Below are positions 1 to 9,492 of a stretch of DNA of 64,000 nucleotides, in pieces; the first letter of the stretch is position 1; the number at the start of each line of letters is the position of its first letter. Made by a program: the position numbers and the translations under genes. Origin of the DNA: Minisyncoccia bacterium (GTDB lineage Bacteria; Patescibacteriota; Minisyncoccia; Phycocordibacterales; UBA9973); assembly GCA_049287305.1 (NCBI GenBank), contig JBAQFO010000014.1, positions 64,453 through 128,452 on the forward strand, read 5' to 3'. Below the pieces are notes generated by a model. The model did not search any database, had not been told where the DNA came from, and saw nothing but the letters and a program-made list of their open reading frames with translations.

Positions 1-1697
1 TTAACTTTTATGAAAAAATAAAAGTTCCTCCGCCCACATTTTGCCATTTATGCAGAGCCGAAAGGCGTTTTAGTTATAGAAATGAAAGAAAACTTTTCAA
101 GGTAAAAGACGCTTTCACGGGAAAAGAAATTCTATCTACTTACCCAACTGAAAGTGGCAGAAATATAATCACCAGAGACACATGGCTTGGCGACAGCTGG
201 GACGCGATGGATTACGGCATGGATGTGGATTTTTCCAGACCATTTTGGGAGCAAATACATGAGCTTGAAATGAAAGTCCCGATGTATAACTATAATGTTA
301 TAAAAATGATAAACAGTCCTTATGCTTTTAATGCCACAGGGTTGAAGAACAGCTATCTCGTAGTAAATTCTAGTTACTCCGAAGATTGCATGTTCGGCAA
401 CGCAATTGACTATTGTAAGGATTGTGTAGACAACTCTCATATCCAGGAAACCGAAAGATGTTATGAATGTTTCTGGCTGCGCAAATGCTATCAATGTTAT
501 TTTACGATAATGTCATGGGACTCAAGGAATTTATGGTTTTCTAGAGATTGCGGAGGTTGCAGTGATTGTTTCGGGTGTGTTAATTTGCGCCAATCATCCT
601 ATTGTATTTTCAACAAGCAATATACGAAAGAAGAATATGAGAAAGAGATAGAAAAGATGAAACTTGATACCTCTTCAGGCATTAAAGAGGCGCGAGAAAA
701 AGTCAGAGCTTTTTGGCAAACTCAAATAACAAGGCATCAGCAAGGTGTAAGAAATTTAAACTCAACCGGTTCTTATGTAACGGACAGCAAGAATGTAAAA
801 GATAGCTATCTAGTGAGAGAAAGTGAAAATTTAAAATATTGCCAGTACTTACAAGTTCCCAGCAGTAAGGACAATTACGATGTTGCTAACTGGGGCCAGA
901 ATATTGAATTATGCTACGAAACGATAGAGTGCGGAGAAAATTCTTATAATAATAAATTTTCTAGAAATTGCTGGCCATCATGCCGAAACATAGAGTACGG
1001 CGTCCACCTTTTTAGCTCCTCTGATTGTTTTGGCTGCGTAGGTCTGAAGAAGAAACAATATTGTATCTTGAATAAGCAGTATACCAAAGAAGAATATGAG
1101 GAGTTGGTGTCAAAAATAAGAAAGCACATGGAAGATATGCCTTATATTGATTCGCGGGGAATTATTTATAAATATGGGGAATTTTTTCCTATTGAGCTTT
1201 CGCCTTTTGGGTATAACAATACTCTCTCTATTCAGCATTTTGACCTTACAAAAGAAGAAGCAGAAGGTAAGGGATATACTTGGATCGAGTCAGAGAAAGG
1301 GGAATATGTTATTACCATGAAAGCCGACGAGTTGCCTGATGCGATAGAAGATATTGCCGATTCTATTGTAAAAGAAGTTATAGAATGTGAAAAATGCCAG
1401 CGAGCTTATCGTATACTAGAAAACGAATTTATTTTCTTGAAAAAAGAAAATTTACCTCTTCCACGATTATGCAGCGAATGCAGACATGAGCGTCGTATAA
1501 GTGATAGACTAAAGTTGTTTTTATACGAGCGAACCTGCATGTGTGCCGGGGTTACGGACGAAACTGGCAAATATCAAAATACTGTCCAGCATGCGCACAG
1601 AAGCTCCGCCTGTTCGGAAAAATTTAAAACCGGATATTCGGGTGAGCGCCCCGAAATAGTTTATTGCGAAAAGTGCTATCAGCAGGAAGTGTATTAA
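1..1697 (+). CDS. Cysteine-rich multi-zinc-ribbon paralog family member 1 (5' end truncated by window edge; about 20 aa missing)
   Basis: Continuous reading frame from position 3 (NFYEKIKVPPPTFCHLCR...). Shares internal repeats C..C..CFGCV.L+.K.YCI.NKQYTKEEYE (x2), MPYIDSRG..YKYGEFFP..SPFGYN, and the C-terminal C..C..YxI..NE..F.K...LPLPR.C..CRH ... EFETSYAP.RPEIVYCEKCYQQEVY with ORFs at 2759, 4498, 34967, 37574 and 63426(-). Confidence 0.8.
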   Translation, partial: NFYEKIKVPPPTFCHLCRAERRFSYRNERKLFKVKDAFTGKEILSTYPTESGRNIITRDTWLGDSWDAMDYGMDVDFSRPFWEQIHELEMKVPMYNYNVIKMINSPYAFNATGLKNSYLVVNSSYSEDCMFGNAIDYCKDCVDNSHIQETERCYECFWLRKCYQCYFTIMSWDSRNLWFSRDCGGCSDCFGCVNLRQSSYCIFNKQYTKEEYEKEIEKMKLDTSSGIKEAREKVRAFWQTQITRHQQGVRNLNSTGSYVTDSKNVKDSYLVRESENLKYCQYLQVPSSKDNYDVANWGQNIELCYETIECGENSYNNKFSRNCWPSCRNIEYGVHLFSSSDCFGCVGLKKKQYCILNKQYTKEEYEELVSKIRKHMEDMPYIDSRGIIYKYGEFFPIELSPFGYNNTLSIQHFDLTKEEAEGKGYTWIESEKGEYVITMKADELPDAIEDIADSIVKEVIECEKCQRAYRILENEFIFLKKENLPLPRLCSECRHERRISDRLKLFLYERTCMCAGVTDETGKYQNTVQHAHRSSACSEKFKTGYSGERPEIVYCEKCYQQEVY

Positions 1698-2386
1698 ATT
1701 CTATTAACCGCGCGGTAAGTAGCCACTATGGCGGCGGTTTCTCCTCGTAGGGTTAGGGAACCAAGAGAGGCGACTCGGTAGCCTGCTTTTTTTGCAAGTG
1801 CTACTTCTGCTTCAGTAAATCCGCCTTCTGGTCCTATAAAGATATTTACAGTTTTCACATTTTTATTTTGCGAATATGATTCGCCACCGAGGTGGAAGAT
1901 AGTCTTTTCTTCTGCTTCCGGATTATTCTTTAGCGCGTCTTCAAATTTTAAAATAGGGGACAGGGTAGGGACTACGCTTCTTCCTGATTGTTCGCTCGCT
2001 TCCCGGATAATTTTTATGAGGCGTTCGGTATTTAATCCGGTTTTGACAGTCCGCTCGGTAATTATTGGAGTAATGTTTGAAACTCCCGTTTCAACCGCTT
2101 TTTGAACAGCCAGTTCAAAATTTTCTTTCTTTAATATCGCTAAATATAAACTTACTTTTGTTTCGGTTTCTTCCAAGTGTATAATTTTCTCCATACCTAC
2201 AGAAATACTCTTCGGAGACATGTCTAAAATTGTAGCTTCTGCTACACCGCCTTTACCATCTCCCAAAATTATTCTATTTCCAATTTCCAGCCTCAAAACA
2301 CCCTTTATTTGCTTGATATTTTCTGGGTTGGTAATTTTCAGCTCTTTTTTTGACAAATTAAAATCTCCAATAAATCTATGTAATCT
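1694..2386 (-). CDS. rsmE: 16S rRNA (uracil1498-N3)-methyltransferase RsmE (SPOUT family)
   Basis: N-terminal MRLHRF..., C-terminal IFIGPEGGFTEAE...SLG..TLR.ETAA motif typical of RsmE. The ORF track extends to 2404; the internal MRLHRF start at 2386 is more likely. Confidence 0.7.
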   Translation of the reverse strand, partial: RLHRFIGDFNLSKKELKITNPENIKQIKGVLRLEIGNRIILGDGKGGVAEATILDMSPKSISVGMEKIIHLEETETKVSLYLAILKKENFELAVQKAVETGVSNITPIITERTVKTGLNTERLIKIIREASEQSGRSVVPTLSPILKFEDALKNNPEAEEKTIFHLGGESYSQNKNVKTVNIFIGPEGGFTEAEVALAKKAGYRVASLGSLTLRGETAAIVATYRAVNRI

Positions 2387-2447
2387 CATGTTTACATAAT
2401 ACACCCGAAATGTTAAAATAAAAAGTAGTAAATAGTTTCAGATATCA

Positions 2448-2465
2448 TTCTAAAGTTCGTTAGAA
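2448..2465. promoter_or_regulatory. Palindromic operator-like site 1, TTCTAAagttcgTTAGAA (6-6-6 inverted repeat), 17 nt upstream of the ArsR-type gene start
   Basis: Perfect 6-bp inverted arms seen directly. A near-identical copy occurs at 2726-2743. Both are followed by (t/c)at(t)AGAATA. Confidence 0.4.
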
Positions 2466-2481
2466 TTATAGAATATATAAT

Positions 2482-2754
2482 ATGAAAAAATCAAACCGAG
2501 CATTAGAAAGAATTATAAAAGGTTTTGCCAGCTATAGGAGATTACAAATACTAGAACTTTTGAAAAAAGAGCCGGAATTATCCTTGCAGGAAATTTCTGA
2601 AAGGGTTAATTCTGATTTCAAAAATATCTCCTCTCATATTGGTAAAATGGCAATTGCTGGTTTGTTGATGAAGCGCAGTGATGCACATTCAGTAAGACAC
2701 AAATTAACTAAAAGAGGAATTAATGTTCTTAAGTTCGTTAGAACATTAGAATAA
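2482..2754 (+). CDS. ArsR/SmtB-family winged-helix transcriptional regulator
   Basis: 90 aa. SYRRLQILELLKKEPELSLQEISERVNSDFKNISSHIGKMAIAGLL matches the ArsR HTH pattern (L..RL.IL..L...ELS..EI......S.HL..L..AGL). No canonical metal-sensing ELCVCD motif seen. Confidence 0.7.
   Translation: MKKSNRALERIIKGFASYRRLQILELLKKEPELSLQEISERVNSDFKNISSHIGKMAIAGLLMKRSDAHSVRHKLTKRGINVLKFVRTLE
2726..2743. promoter_or_regulatory. Palindromic operator-like site 2, TTCTTAagttcgTTAGAA, overlapping the 3' end of the ArsR-type gene and 16 nt upstream of the Cys-rich paralog 2 start
   Basis: Second copy of the 18-bp motif (17/18 identical to the site at 2448-2465) with the same downstream AGAATA. Confidence 0.4.
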
Positions 2755-2758
2755 AAAA

Positions 2759-4495
2759 ATGGAACAAGAAACAAAAAACTGTCAAAATTGCAAAAAAGAT
2801 TTCATTATAGAGTTCGAGGACTTTAACTTTTACGAGAAAATAAAGGTGCCTCCGCCTACTTTTTGTCCGGAATGCAGAATGACCTCAAGAATGATCTGGA
2901 GAAATGAGCGCTCGCTATACAAACGAGACTGCGATTTCTGTAAAAAGAGTATTATTTCAGTATATTCAAAGGACGCAAATTTTCCTGTTTATTGTTATGA
3001 ATGCTGGTGGGGTGATAATTGGGATCCCAGAGAATATGGACAAGATTACAATTTTTCTAAAGTTTTTTTTGAGCAATTACTTGAGTTATCTACGAAAGTA
3101 CCGCGTCAAGCTCTCGGCGTTATTAGTAATTTTAATAGTCCATATTTAAATTATGCTTGGCATAGCAAGAACAGCTATATGTGTTTTGATCTCGGTTACG
3201 GGGAAAATGTTCTATATTCAAATGCTTGTCATTACCTGAAAGATTCTTCAGATAATAGCTACTGTAAAAAACTTGACCTCTGTTATGAGTGTGCAGATAG
3301 TCAGGAATCAAGTATGTCAGATACCCTTGAAAAATGTAAAAATTGCCTAGATTCTTCTTTTCTTTTTAATTGCAAAAGCTGCTCCTCTTGTATTCTTTGT
3401 TCTAATTTAACTAGCAAGCAGTATTGTATTTTAAATAAACAGTATACAAAAGAAGAATATGAAAAGATAAAAAAAGATTATATCGATGGCAGTTTTGCAA
3501 AGAGGGAAAGCACTGCTAAGTTATTTAAACAATTAAAAATAGAATCAATTCAGAGAGAAAACAATAATGTTCAGGTAAAAAACTGTACAGGAGATAATAT
3601 TTGGAGTAGCGATAATTGTAAAAAATCTTTTAATGTTTTCAAATCTCAAAATTGTAAATTCGTGAATGACATTGATAGCAGTTTAAAGGATAGTATGGAT
3701 TTAAGTAATGCAGCAGAAGGAGAACTTATGTATTACAGCACTTCAGCTAGCGGTAGAAGCCTATTTTTTAATGTTTTTATCTCGTCCTCCTTCAATATAT
3801 TTTATTCAATCTTATGTCCTAACAATAACAACAATTTGTTTGCATGCATTGGCTTGCGAAACAAAAGTTATTGCATATTAAACAAACAGTACACAAAAGA
3901 AGAATACGAAGAGCTTATACCTAAAATTAAAAAACATATGGACGAAATGCCATATATTGATTCTAGGGGTCTTGTATATAAATATGGGGAATTTTTCCCA
4001 AGAGAATTCTCACCATTTTCTTACAACGAAACAGTAGCTCAAGAAAACTTTCCGCTCAACAGAGACGAAGCCATAAATCAAGGTTATAAATGGAAAGATA
4101 AGGATGCCCGAAATTATGCCGTAGAAATCATGAATGAAAATATCCCTGATAATATTAAAGATGCAACTGATGACGTTATAGGTAAAGTTATAGAATGTAA
4201 AAACAAAGGAGAAAACAGCGAACAATGCACAGAAGCGTTCAAAATTATCGAGCAGGAGTTTTATTTTTATAAGAGAATGAATTTACCTTTACCTCGTTTT
4301 TGCCCCAATTGTAGACACCACGAAAGGTTAGGAAAAAGAAACCCCATGAAACTCTGGAAAAGAGGATGCATGTGCGAAAAAGAAAATCATATGCACGGCT
4401 CAATTAAATGTGAAATCGAATTTGAGACAAGTTATGCTCCCGACCGACCAGAGATAATTTACTGTGAAAAGTGCTATCAGCAGGAAGTTTACTAA
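2759..4495 (+). CDS. Cysteine-rich multi-zinc-ribbon paralog family member 2
   Basis: 578 aa. N-terminal C.NC..F.IE.EDFNFYEKIKVPPPTFCPECR...RNE..LY.R.C.FCKK zinc-ribbon module; two internal C..C..C..C..L..K.YCILNKQYTKEEYE repeats; C-terminal module ending EFETSYAPDRPEIIYCEKCYQQEVY. Starts 5 nt after the ArsR stop. Confidence 0.85.
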   Translation: MEQETKNCQNCKKDFIIEFEDFNFYEKIKVPPPTFCPECRMTSRMIWRNERSLYKRDCDFCKKSIISVYSKDANFPVYCYECWWGDNWDPREYGQDYNFSKVFFEQLLELSTKVPRQALGVISNFNSPYLNYAWHSKNSYMCFDLGYGENVLYSNACHYLKDSSDNSYCKKLDLCYECADSQESSMSDTLEKCKNCLDSSFLFNCKSCSSCILCSNLTSKQYCILNKQYTKEEYEKIKKDYIDGSFAKRESTAKLFKQLKIESIQRENNNVQVKNCTGDNIWSSDNCKKSFNVFKSQNCKFVNDIDSSLKDSMDLSNAAEGELMYYSTSASGRSLFFNVFISSSFNIFYSILCPNNNNNLFACIGLRNKSYCILNKQYTKEEYEELIPKIKKHMDEMPYIDSRGLVYKYGEFFPREFSPFSYNETVAQENFPLNRDEAINQGYKWKDKDARNYAVEIMNENIPDNIKDATDDVIGKVIECKNKGENSEQCTEAFKIIEQEFYFYKRMNLPLPRFCPNCRHHERLGKRNPMKLWKRGCMCEKENHMHGSIKCEIEFETSYAPDRPEIIYCEKCYQQEVY

Positions 4496-4497
4496 AT

Positions 4498-6216
4498 ATG
4501 AAAACCGAAACAAAAAATTGTCAAAATTGTAAAAAAGACTTCACTATAGAGCCGGAAGATTTTAACTTTTATGAAAAAATAAAAGTTCCCCCACCAACAT
4601 TTTGTCCGGAATGCAGACTTATGCGTCGTATGACCTGGCGCAATGAACGTACTTTACATAGAAATAAATGTGCTAAAACTGGCAAAAGTTTAATAAGTTG
4701 TTTTTCTGCAGAATCTCCATTTACCGTTTACGAGAGAGATATTTGGTGGGGAGATGAATGGGATCCGACAGGATATGGAATAGAATATGATTTTGAAAAA
4801 CCATTTTTTGCTCAAATTCGCGAATTATTAGAAAAAGTGCCTCACCCAAATCTGTTCATTGGAAAGTGTGTAAATACTTCTTACGGTAATCATATTGGTG
4901 AATTTAGAAATTCATATCTTATATCTGCATCTTGGGGAGGAGATAATATAGCATATGGGTCTCGTTGCAATTACTGCAAAGATTCGATGGATATGTATAT
5001 AACTACTAACTCTGAATTTTGTTATGGTGATATTTCTTCAAATAAATGTTACGAAACTTTCTTCTCTCAGAACGCAGATTCTTGTACGAGCTCATATTTT
5101 CTTTATGATTGTAAAAACTGTATAAATTGCTTCGGTTGCACATCACTTCGCGATAAGTCTAATTGTATGTGGAATGTTCAATATACGAGAGAAGAATATA
5201 ATGAAAAATTAAAAGAATTAGATATTGGTGATTTTGAAAAGTTTAAAAAGATAAAAGAGAAGTTCGAAAAATTTAAATTAAATGCTGTCAGAAGATTTGC
5301 AAATATCACGAACTCAACTAATGTTTCTGGGGATGATATTTCTCATGCAGATAATTCTCAATCTTGCTTTGGTGTCTTTGAAGAAATAAAAAATAATAAA
5401 TTCTTAATGAATGCTTTTCGTATCAAGGATAGTTATGATGGCTATGGTGTTGGCATTGGAGAATTGATATATGAAGCTTTAGATTCTGGTCTTAATGCAT
5501 ATCGGCAACTTTTTGCATTTATAAATTGGGAATGTCTCAATGCTGAATATTCTTTCAACTGTCATGGATGTAACAATATTTTCGGTTGTGTCGGTCTTCG
5601 CAAGAAGAATTACTGCATTTTTAATAAACAATATTCTAAAGAAGAATTTTTAAAACTTCGTGAACAAATTATTGAGCACATGGATAAGATGCCATACATT
5701 GATAAAAAGAAGCGAGAGTATAAATATGGAGAATTTTTCCCGACAGAAATTTCTCCGTTTGGATACAATGAGACTATTGCACAGGATTATTTTCCTCTTT
5801 CTAAAGAAGAAATTTCTAATAATGGTTATAATTGGATAGAACGAGAAAAACCTGAATACCAAGCAACTTCTTTATCTAAAGATTTACCTAATCACATAAA
5901 ATATGCTACAGAAGATATATTAAACCTAAGTATAGAATGTGAATTTTGTAAAAGGCCTTATAAAATAATCCAAAATGAATATATATTTTTAAAAAGGTTT
6001 GGTCTGCCATTGCCGAGAGCTTGTTTCGAATGTAGGCACCAAGAACGATTTAAGAAAGTTAATCCTCCAGAGCTTTGGCACAGATCTTGTATGTGCAATA
6101 AAGAAGGTCATATACACGAATTAACTAAATGCGAAGTTGAATTCGAAACCTCGTATGCTCCCGACAGACCCGAGATTGTCTACTGCGAAAAGTGTTATCA
6201 GCAGGAAGTTTACTGA
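4498..6216 (+). CDS. Cysteine-rich multi-zinc-ribbon paralog family member 3
   Basis: Same family. N-terminal region is about 80% nucleotide-identical to paralog 2, then diverges; C-terminal ...EFETSYAPDRPEIVYCEKCYQQEVY. ATG at 4498 (3 nt after the paralog 2 stop) preferred over the ORF-track start 4471, which overlaps the upstream gene. Confidence 0.85.
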   Translation: MKTETKNCQNCKKDFTIEPEDFNFYEKIKVPPPTFCPECRLMRRMTWRNERTLHRNKCAKTGKSLISCFSAESPFTVYERDIWWGDEWDPTGYGIEYDFEKPFFAQIRELLEKVPHPNLFIGKCVNTSYGNHIGEFRNSYLISASWGGDNIAYGSRCNYCKDSMDMYITTNSEFCYGDISSNKCYETFFSQNADSCTSSYFLYDCKNCINCFGCTSLRDKSNCMWNVQYTREEYNEKLKELDIGDFEKFKKIKEKFEKFKLNAVRRFANITNSTNVSGDDISHADNSQSCFGVFEEIKNNKFLMNAFRIKDSYDGYGVGIGELIYEALDSGLNAYRQLFAFINWECLNAEYSFNCHGCNNIFGCVGLRKKNYCIFNKQYSKEEFLKLREQIIEHMDKMPYIDKKKREYKYGEFFPTEISPFGYNETIAQDYFPLSKEEISNNGYNWIEREKPEYQATSLSKDLPNHIKYATEDILNLSIECEFCKRPYKIIQNEYIFLKRFGLPLPRACFECRHQERFKKVNPPELWHRSCMCNKEGHIHELTKCEVEFETSYAPDRPEIVYCEKCYQQEVY

Positions 6217-6240
6217 TTTTTATGGTAAAATAACCTATAT

Positions 6241-7737
6241 ATGCCCAAGCCGAATCGAGTGCAAATAATAAAATATGGGCCACCACCGCCAGAGCTGCCT
6301 GTTTTCGGCAAAGTTAAGCCCGAAGAATGCTCTTTCATTGGACGCACGAATTATGTGGCTTCTCTTGAAGAAAAAAAGTTCGTTTTCGGAATCAAAAGAG
6401 TAGACCGCCGCAGGCACCTATATATCATTGGAAAGTCGGGTGTAGGTAAGACCAAACTTCTCGAGCTCATGATTCGACAAGACGTGTCCTACGGGCATGG
6501 ACTATGTTTAATTGACCCGCACGGAGACGTGATAGACGCAATGCTGGATTATATACCGAAGGAGCGAATTGAGGATGTTTGTATTATCGACCCATCCGAT
6601 ATTGATTTTCCGGCGTCCTTCAATCCTTTGGCGAACGTTGACCCCATGTTTAAATTCCAGTTAACGCAAGGGTTGATAGAAGTTTTTCAAAAACAGTTCG
6701 GAGCCAACTGGACGCCCCGCCTGGAGCACGTTTTTCGTTTTACTTGTCTCGCGCTCTTGGACTACCCGCATGCGACCATGCGTGGGATGATATCCATGCT
6801 AACCGACCGAAACTACAGACAGAAAGTTGTGGAATACATTACTGATGACATGGTTAAAAGATTCTTTGCCATAGAATTTGCCGACTGGTCCGAGAAATTT
6901 GATACAGATGCGATTATTCCGTTGGTGAACAAACTCGGGCAATTCCTATCAGACCCGCTTCTTAGAAACATTTTCGGACAGAAACAAAACAAAATTGATA
7001 TCAGTAAATTAATGAATGAGAGAAAAATTATTTTCATTAATCTTTCCAAGGGACGCCTTGGAGAAGAGAATTCCTCATTTCTTGGTTCCATATTTTTAAC
7101 AAAGATAAAACAGGCGGGTATGGAGCGGGCGGCTATCCCGGAAGCTGAACGTAAAGATTTTTATCTTTACGTGGATGAGTTCCAAAACGTCGTGACTCAG
7201 ACTTTTGAGAACATCCTCTCTGAGGCTCGCAAATACGGACTTAATCTTACAATGGCGCATCAATATGTAGGACAGATAATACCTAAAGTTCACCAGGCGG
7301 TGCTAGGTAACTGCGGAAGCATCATTACTTTTCGAATCGGAGGTGAAGATGCAGTGAAAATGAAGCCGGAATTTGCGCCATTGTTTGACGTTAAAGATAT
7401 GATAAATCTAGCCGTGGGAGAGATTTATATAAAGATGACTATTGATGGCGAATCTTACGATCCATTTTCAGCAGAAACTCTGATGGTTCTTCCGGCTACG
7501 CATCCATCTTACAGACAGGAAATAATTGATGCTTCGCATAGAAAATACTCCATACCGAAAGGAGACGCGGCCAAGCTTATTGCCGAAGAAGAAGCAACCA
7601 TAATCAGAAGCTCCGAAGAGAAAGCCATAATAGAAGGAAGGAATAAAACAAAACCCCAAGGACCAGAAGGAGACACAAATTCTTCGGAAGAAAATTCCAA
7701 ATCTCGGACTTCACAAGAGGCGGAGCCTATGATATAA
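6241..7737 (+). CDS. Soluble TraD/VirD4/TrwB-like (type IV coupling protein-like) P-loop ATPase
   Basis: Walker A HLYIIGKSGVGKTKLL, CLIDPHGD, Walker B YLYVDEFQNV, no N-terminal TM segments. Acidic/Ser-rich C-terminal tail. Confidence 0.7.
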   Translation: MPKPNRVQIIKYGPPPPELPVFGKVKPEECSFIGRTNYVASLEEKKFVFGIKRVDRRRHLYIIGKSGVGKTKLLELMIRQDVSYGHGLCLIDPHGDVIDAMLDYIPKERIEDVCIIDPSDIDFPASFNPLANVDPMFKFQLTQGLIEVFQKQFGANWTPRLEHVFRFTCLALLDYPHATMRGMISMLTDRNYRQKVVEYITDDMVKRFFAIEFADWSEKFDTDAIIPLVNKLGQFLSDPLLRNIFGQKQNKIDISKLMNERKIIFINLSKGRLGEENSSFLGSIFLTKIKQAGMERAAIPEAERKDFYLYVDEFQNVVTQTFENILSEARKYGLNLTMAHQYVGQIIPKVHQAVLGNCGSIITFRIGGEDAVKMKPEFAPLFDVKDMINLAVGEIYIKMTIDGESYDPFSAETLMVLPATHPSYRQEIIDASHRKYSIPKGDAAKLIAEEEATIIRSSEEKAIIEGRNKTKPQGPEGDTNSSEENSKSRTSQEAEPMI

Positions 7738-7784
7738 ATAGCCGGGAGAGTCGGAGTTTTTGGCATTAACTACAATTTAAATAT

Positions 7785-8879
7785 ATGAAACAAGACTACT
7801 ACGAAATTCTAGGCATAAATAAAGGCGCATCTAAGGATGAAATCAAAAAAGCCTTTTATAAATTGGCTCATAAATATCACCCTGATAAAAAAGGAGGGGA
7901 TGAGACCAAGTTCAAGCAGGTAAACGAAGCTTATCAAGTGCTCTCTGACGATTCTAAACGCTCTAAATATGACCAATTCGGAGCGGGGTTTGAGAACATG
8001 GGACAGCAAGGAGGATACGGACGGGGACAAGGAGGAGGCTTTGAAGGATTTGACTTCAGTAATTTTTCTGGAGGCTTTCAAAATGGGGGAGCGGATTTTG
8101 ACCTTAATGACATATTTAGTGACTTTTTTGGTGGTGGAATGGGGAGAGCGCAAGCTCGTCGGGGCCGGGATATTTCCACGGAGATTCAAATTTCTTTTGC
8201 GGACTCTGTCTTTGGAACTACCAGAAAAATTTTAATCACAAAAACTTCCAAGTGTATTACTTGCAATGCTACGGGGGCGAAAGCAGGCTCCAAGATGGAA
8301 ACTTGCAAGCACTGCAACGGACAAGGAAAAATTCACGAACAAAAAAGAACTATCTTCGGCACAATAGCCAATACCAAGCTTTGCGAAGTTTGCCTGGGTT
8401 CCGGGGAAGTTCCAAAAGAGCCTTGTGAAAAATGTAAAGGCAAAGGAGTATTGCGCCGAGAGGAAGAAGTTTCTATCGTTATACCAGGAGGAATTCGAGA
8501 CGGAGAGATGGTGCGCATGTCTGGGCTCGGGGAAGCAATTTCAAAAGGAACATCCGGAGACTTGTATATAAAAATAAACGTCGCTTCCCACCCGGTCTTT
8601 AAGCGTGACGGTAATGATTTGGTTATGAATTTAAATTTAAAACTTTCCGATGCGCTTCTGGGGACCAAGTACCCAATACAAACCTTAGACGGAGAAATAG
8701 AAGTTACTATTCCCGAAGGAGTAACCATTAATGAAGTTCTCCGCGTGCGGGGCAAGGGCGTGCCAATAAGTAAATCAAAAAGAGGGGATTTGCTTATTAA
8801 ACTTAATATCAAGCTTCCGGAAAAATTAAACCGCAAATCTAGAGAAATGATAGAAGAGCTCAAAAAAGAAGGAATATAA
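7785..8879 (+). CDS. dnaJ: Chaperone DnaJ
   Basis: J-domain [31 protein letters not shown], Gly/Phe-rich linker, four C..C.G.G zinc-finger repeats, C-terminal substrate-binding domains. Confidence 0.9.
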   Translation: MKQDYYEILGINKGASKDEIKKAFYKLAHKYHPDKKGGDETKFKQVNEAYQVLSDDSKRSKYDQFGAGFENMGQQGGYGRGQGGGFEGFDFSNFSGGFQNGGADFDLNDIFSDFFGGGMGRAQARRGRDISTEIQISFADSVFGTTRKILITKTSKCITCNATGAKAGSKMETCKHCNGQGKIHEQKRTIFGTIANTKLCEVCLGSGEVPKEPCEKCKGKGVLRREEEVSIVIPGGIRDGEMVRMSGLGEAISKGTSGDLYIKINVASHPVFKRDGNDLVMNLNLKLSDALLGTKYPIQTLDGEIEVTIPEGVTINEVLRVRGKGVPISKSKRGDLLIKLNIKLPEKLNRKSREMIEELKKEGI

Positions 8880-8880
8880 A

Positions 8881-9492
8881 ATGATTCCGGAACAATTCAT
8901 ATTTCTTGGAATACTTCTTCATTCTATCGGACAGCTAGCTTATATTATTAGTATTGCAAGAGGGCATGCAAAGCCAAATTTGGTATCTTGGACGATTTGG
9001 GCAGTAGCACCCATGATCGGAGCCTTTTTCCAATTCAGAGCAGGAGCAGGCTTGTCTGCATTGCCGGTATTTTGGGCAGGATTCGGTCCATTTATCGTTA
9101 TTCTTTTTTGTTTATATAAAAGAAATGCATATTGGAAACTTACTACTTTTGATATACACTGCGGAATCCTATCCATTCTTGCTTTAATTTTTTATTTTTT
9201 CACAAAAAATTTAGGGATATCTCTTCTTTTTGCAATGTTGAGTGATGCTTTGGCTAGTTTGCCAACAATAGTTAAGGCTTGGAAATTCCCAGAAACAGAA
9301 ATTAGCCTGAATTATTTTTTAGCTATGATATCAAACATAATTGGCCTTCTTATAATTAAAAGCTGGTCTTTTTCAGTATCAGCTTTTGGTATTTCCTTAG
9401 TTTTGCAATCAGCCATAATCATATTCTGCATTAATCGCAAAAAGATTTTATTTTGGTATAATGAACAGCATGTCAAAAAACCAACCCAATAA
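8881..9492 (+). CDS. Integral membrane protein, unknown function
   Basis: 203 aa with several hydrophobic helices; no recognisable motif. Confidence 0.45.
   Translation: MIPEQFIFLGILLHSIGQLAYIISIARGHAKPNLVSWTIWAVAPMIGAFFQFRAGAGLSALPVFWAGFGPFIVILFCLYKRNAYWKLTTFDIHCGILSILALIFYFFTKNLGISLLFAMLSDALASLPTIVKAWKFPETEISLNYFLAMISNIIGLLIIKSWSFSVSAFGISLVLQSAIIIFCINRKKILFWYNEQHVKKPTQ

Noticed and set aside
132-494. Minus-strand 120-aa ORF
   Set aside because: Antisense to the Cys-rich paralog 1 coding region; no support.
4471-4497. ORF-track start at 4471 (MLSAGSLLNMKTETKN...) for Cys-rich paralog 3
   Set aside because: It overlaps the upstream paralog's C-terminus in another frame. The homologous N-terminus (MKTETKNCQNCKKDF) begins at the ATG at 4498, 3 nt after the upstream stop.
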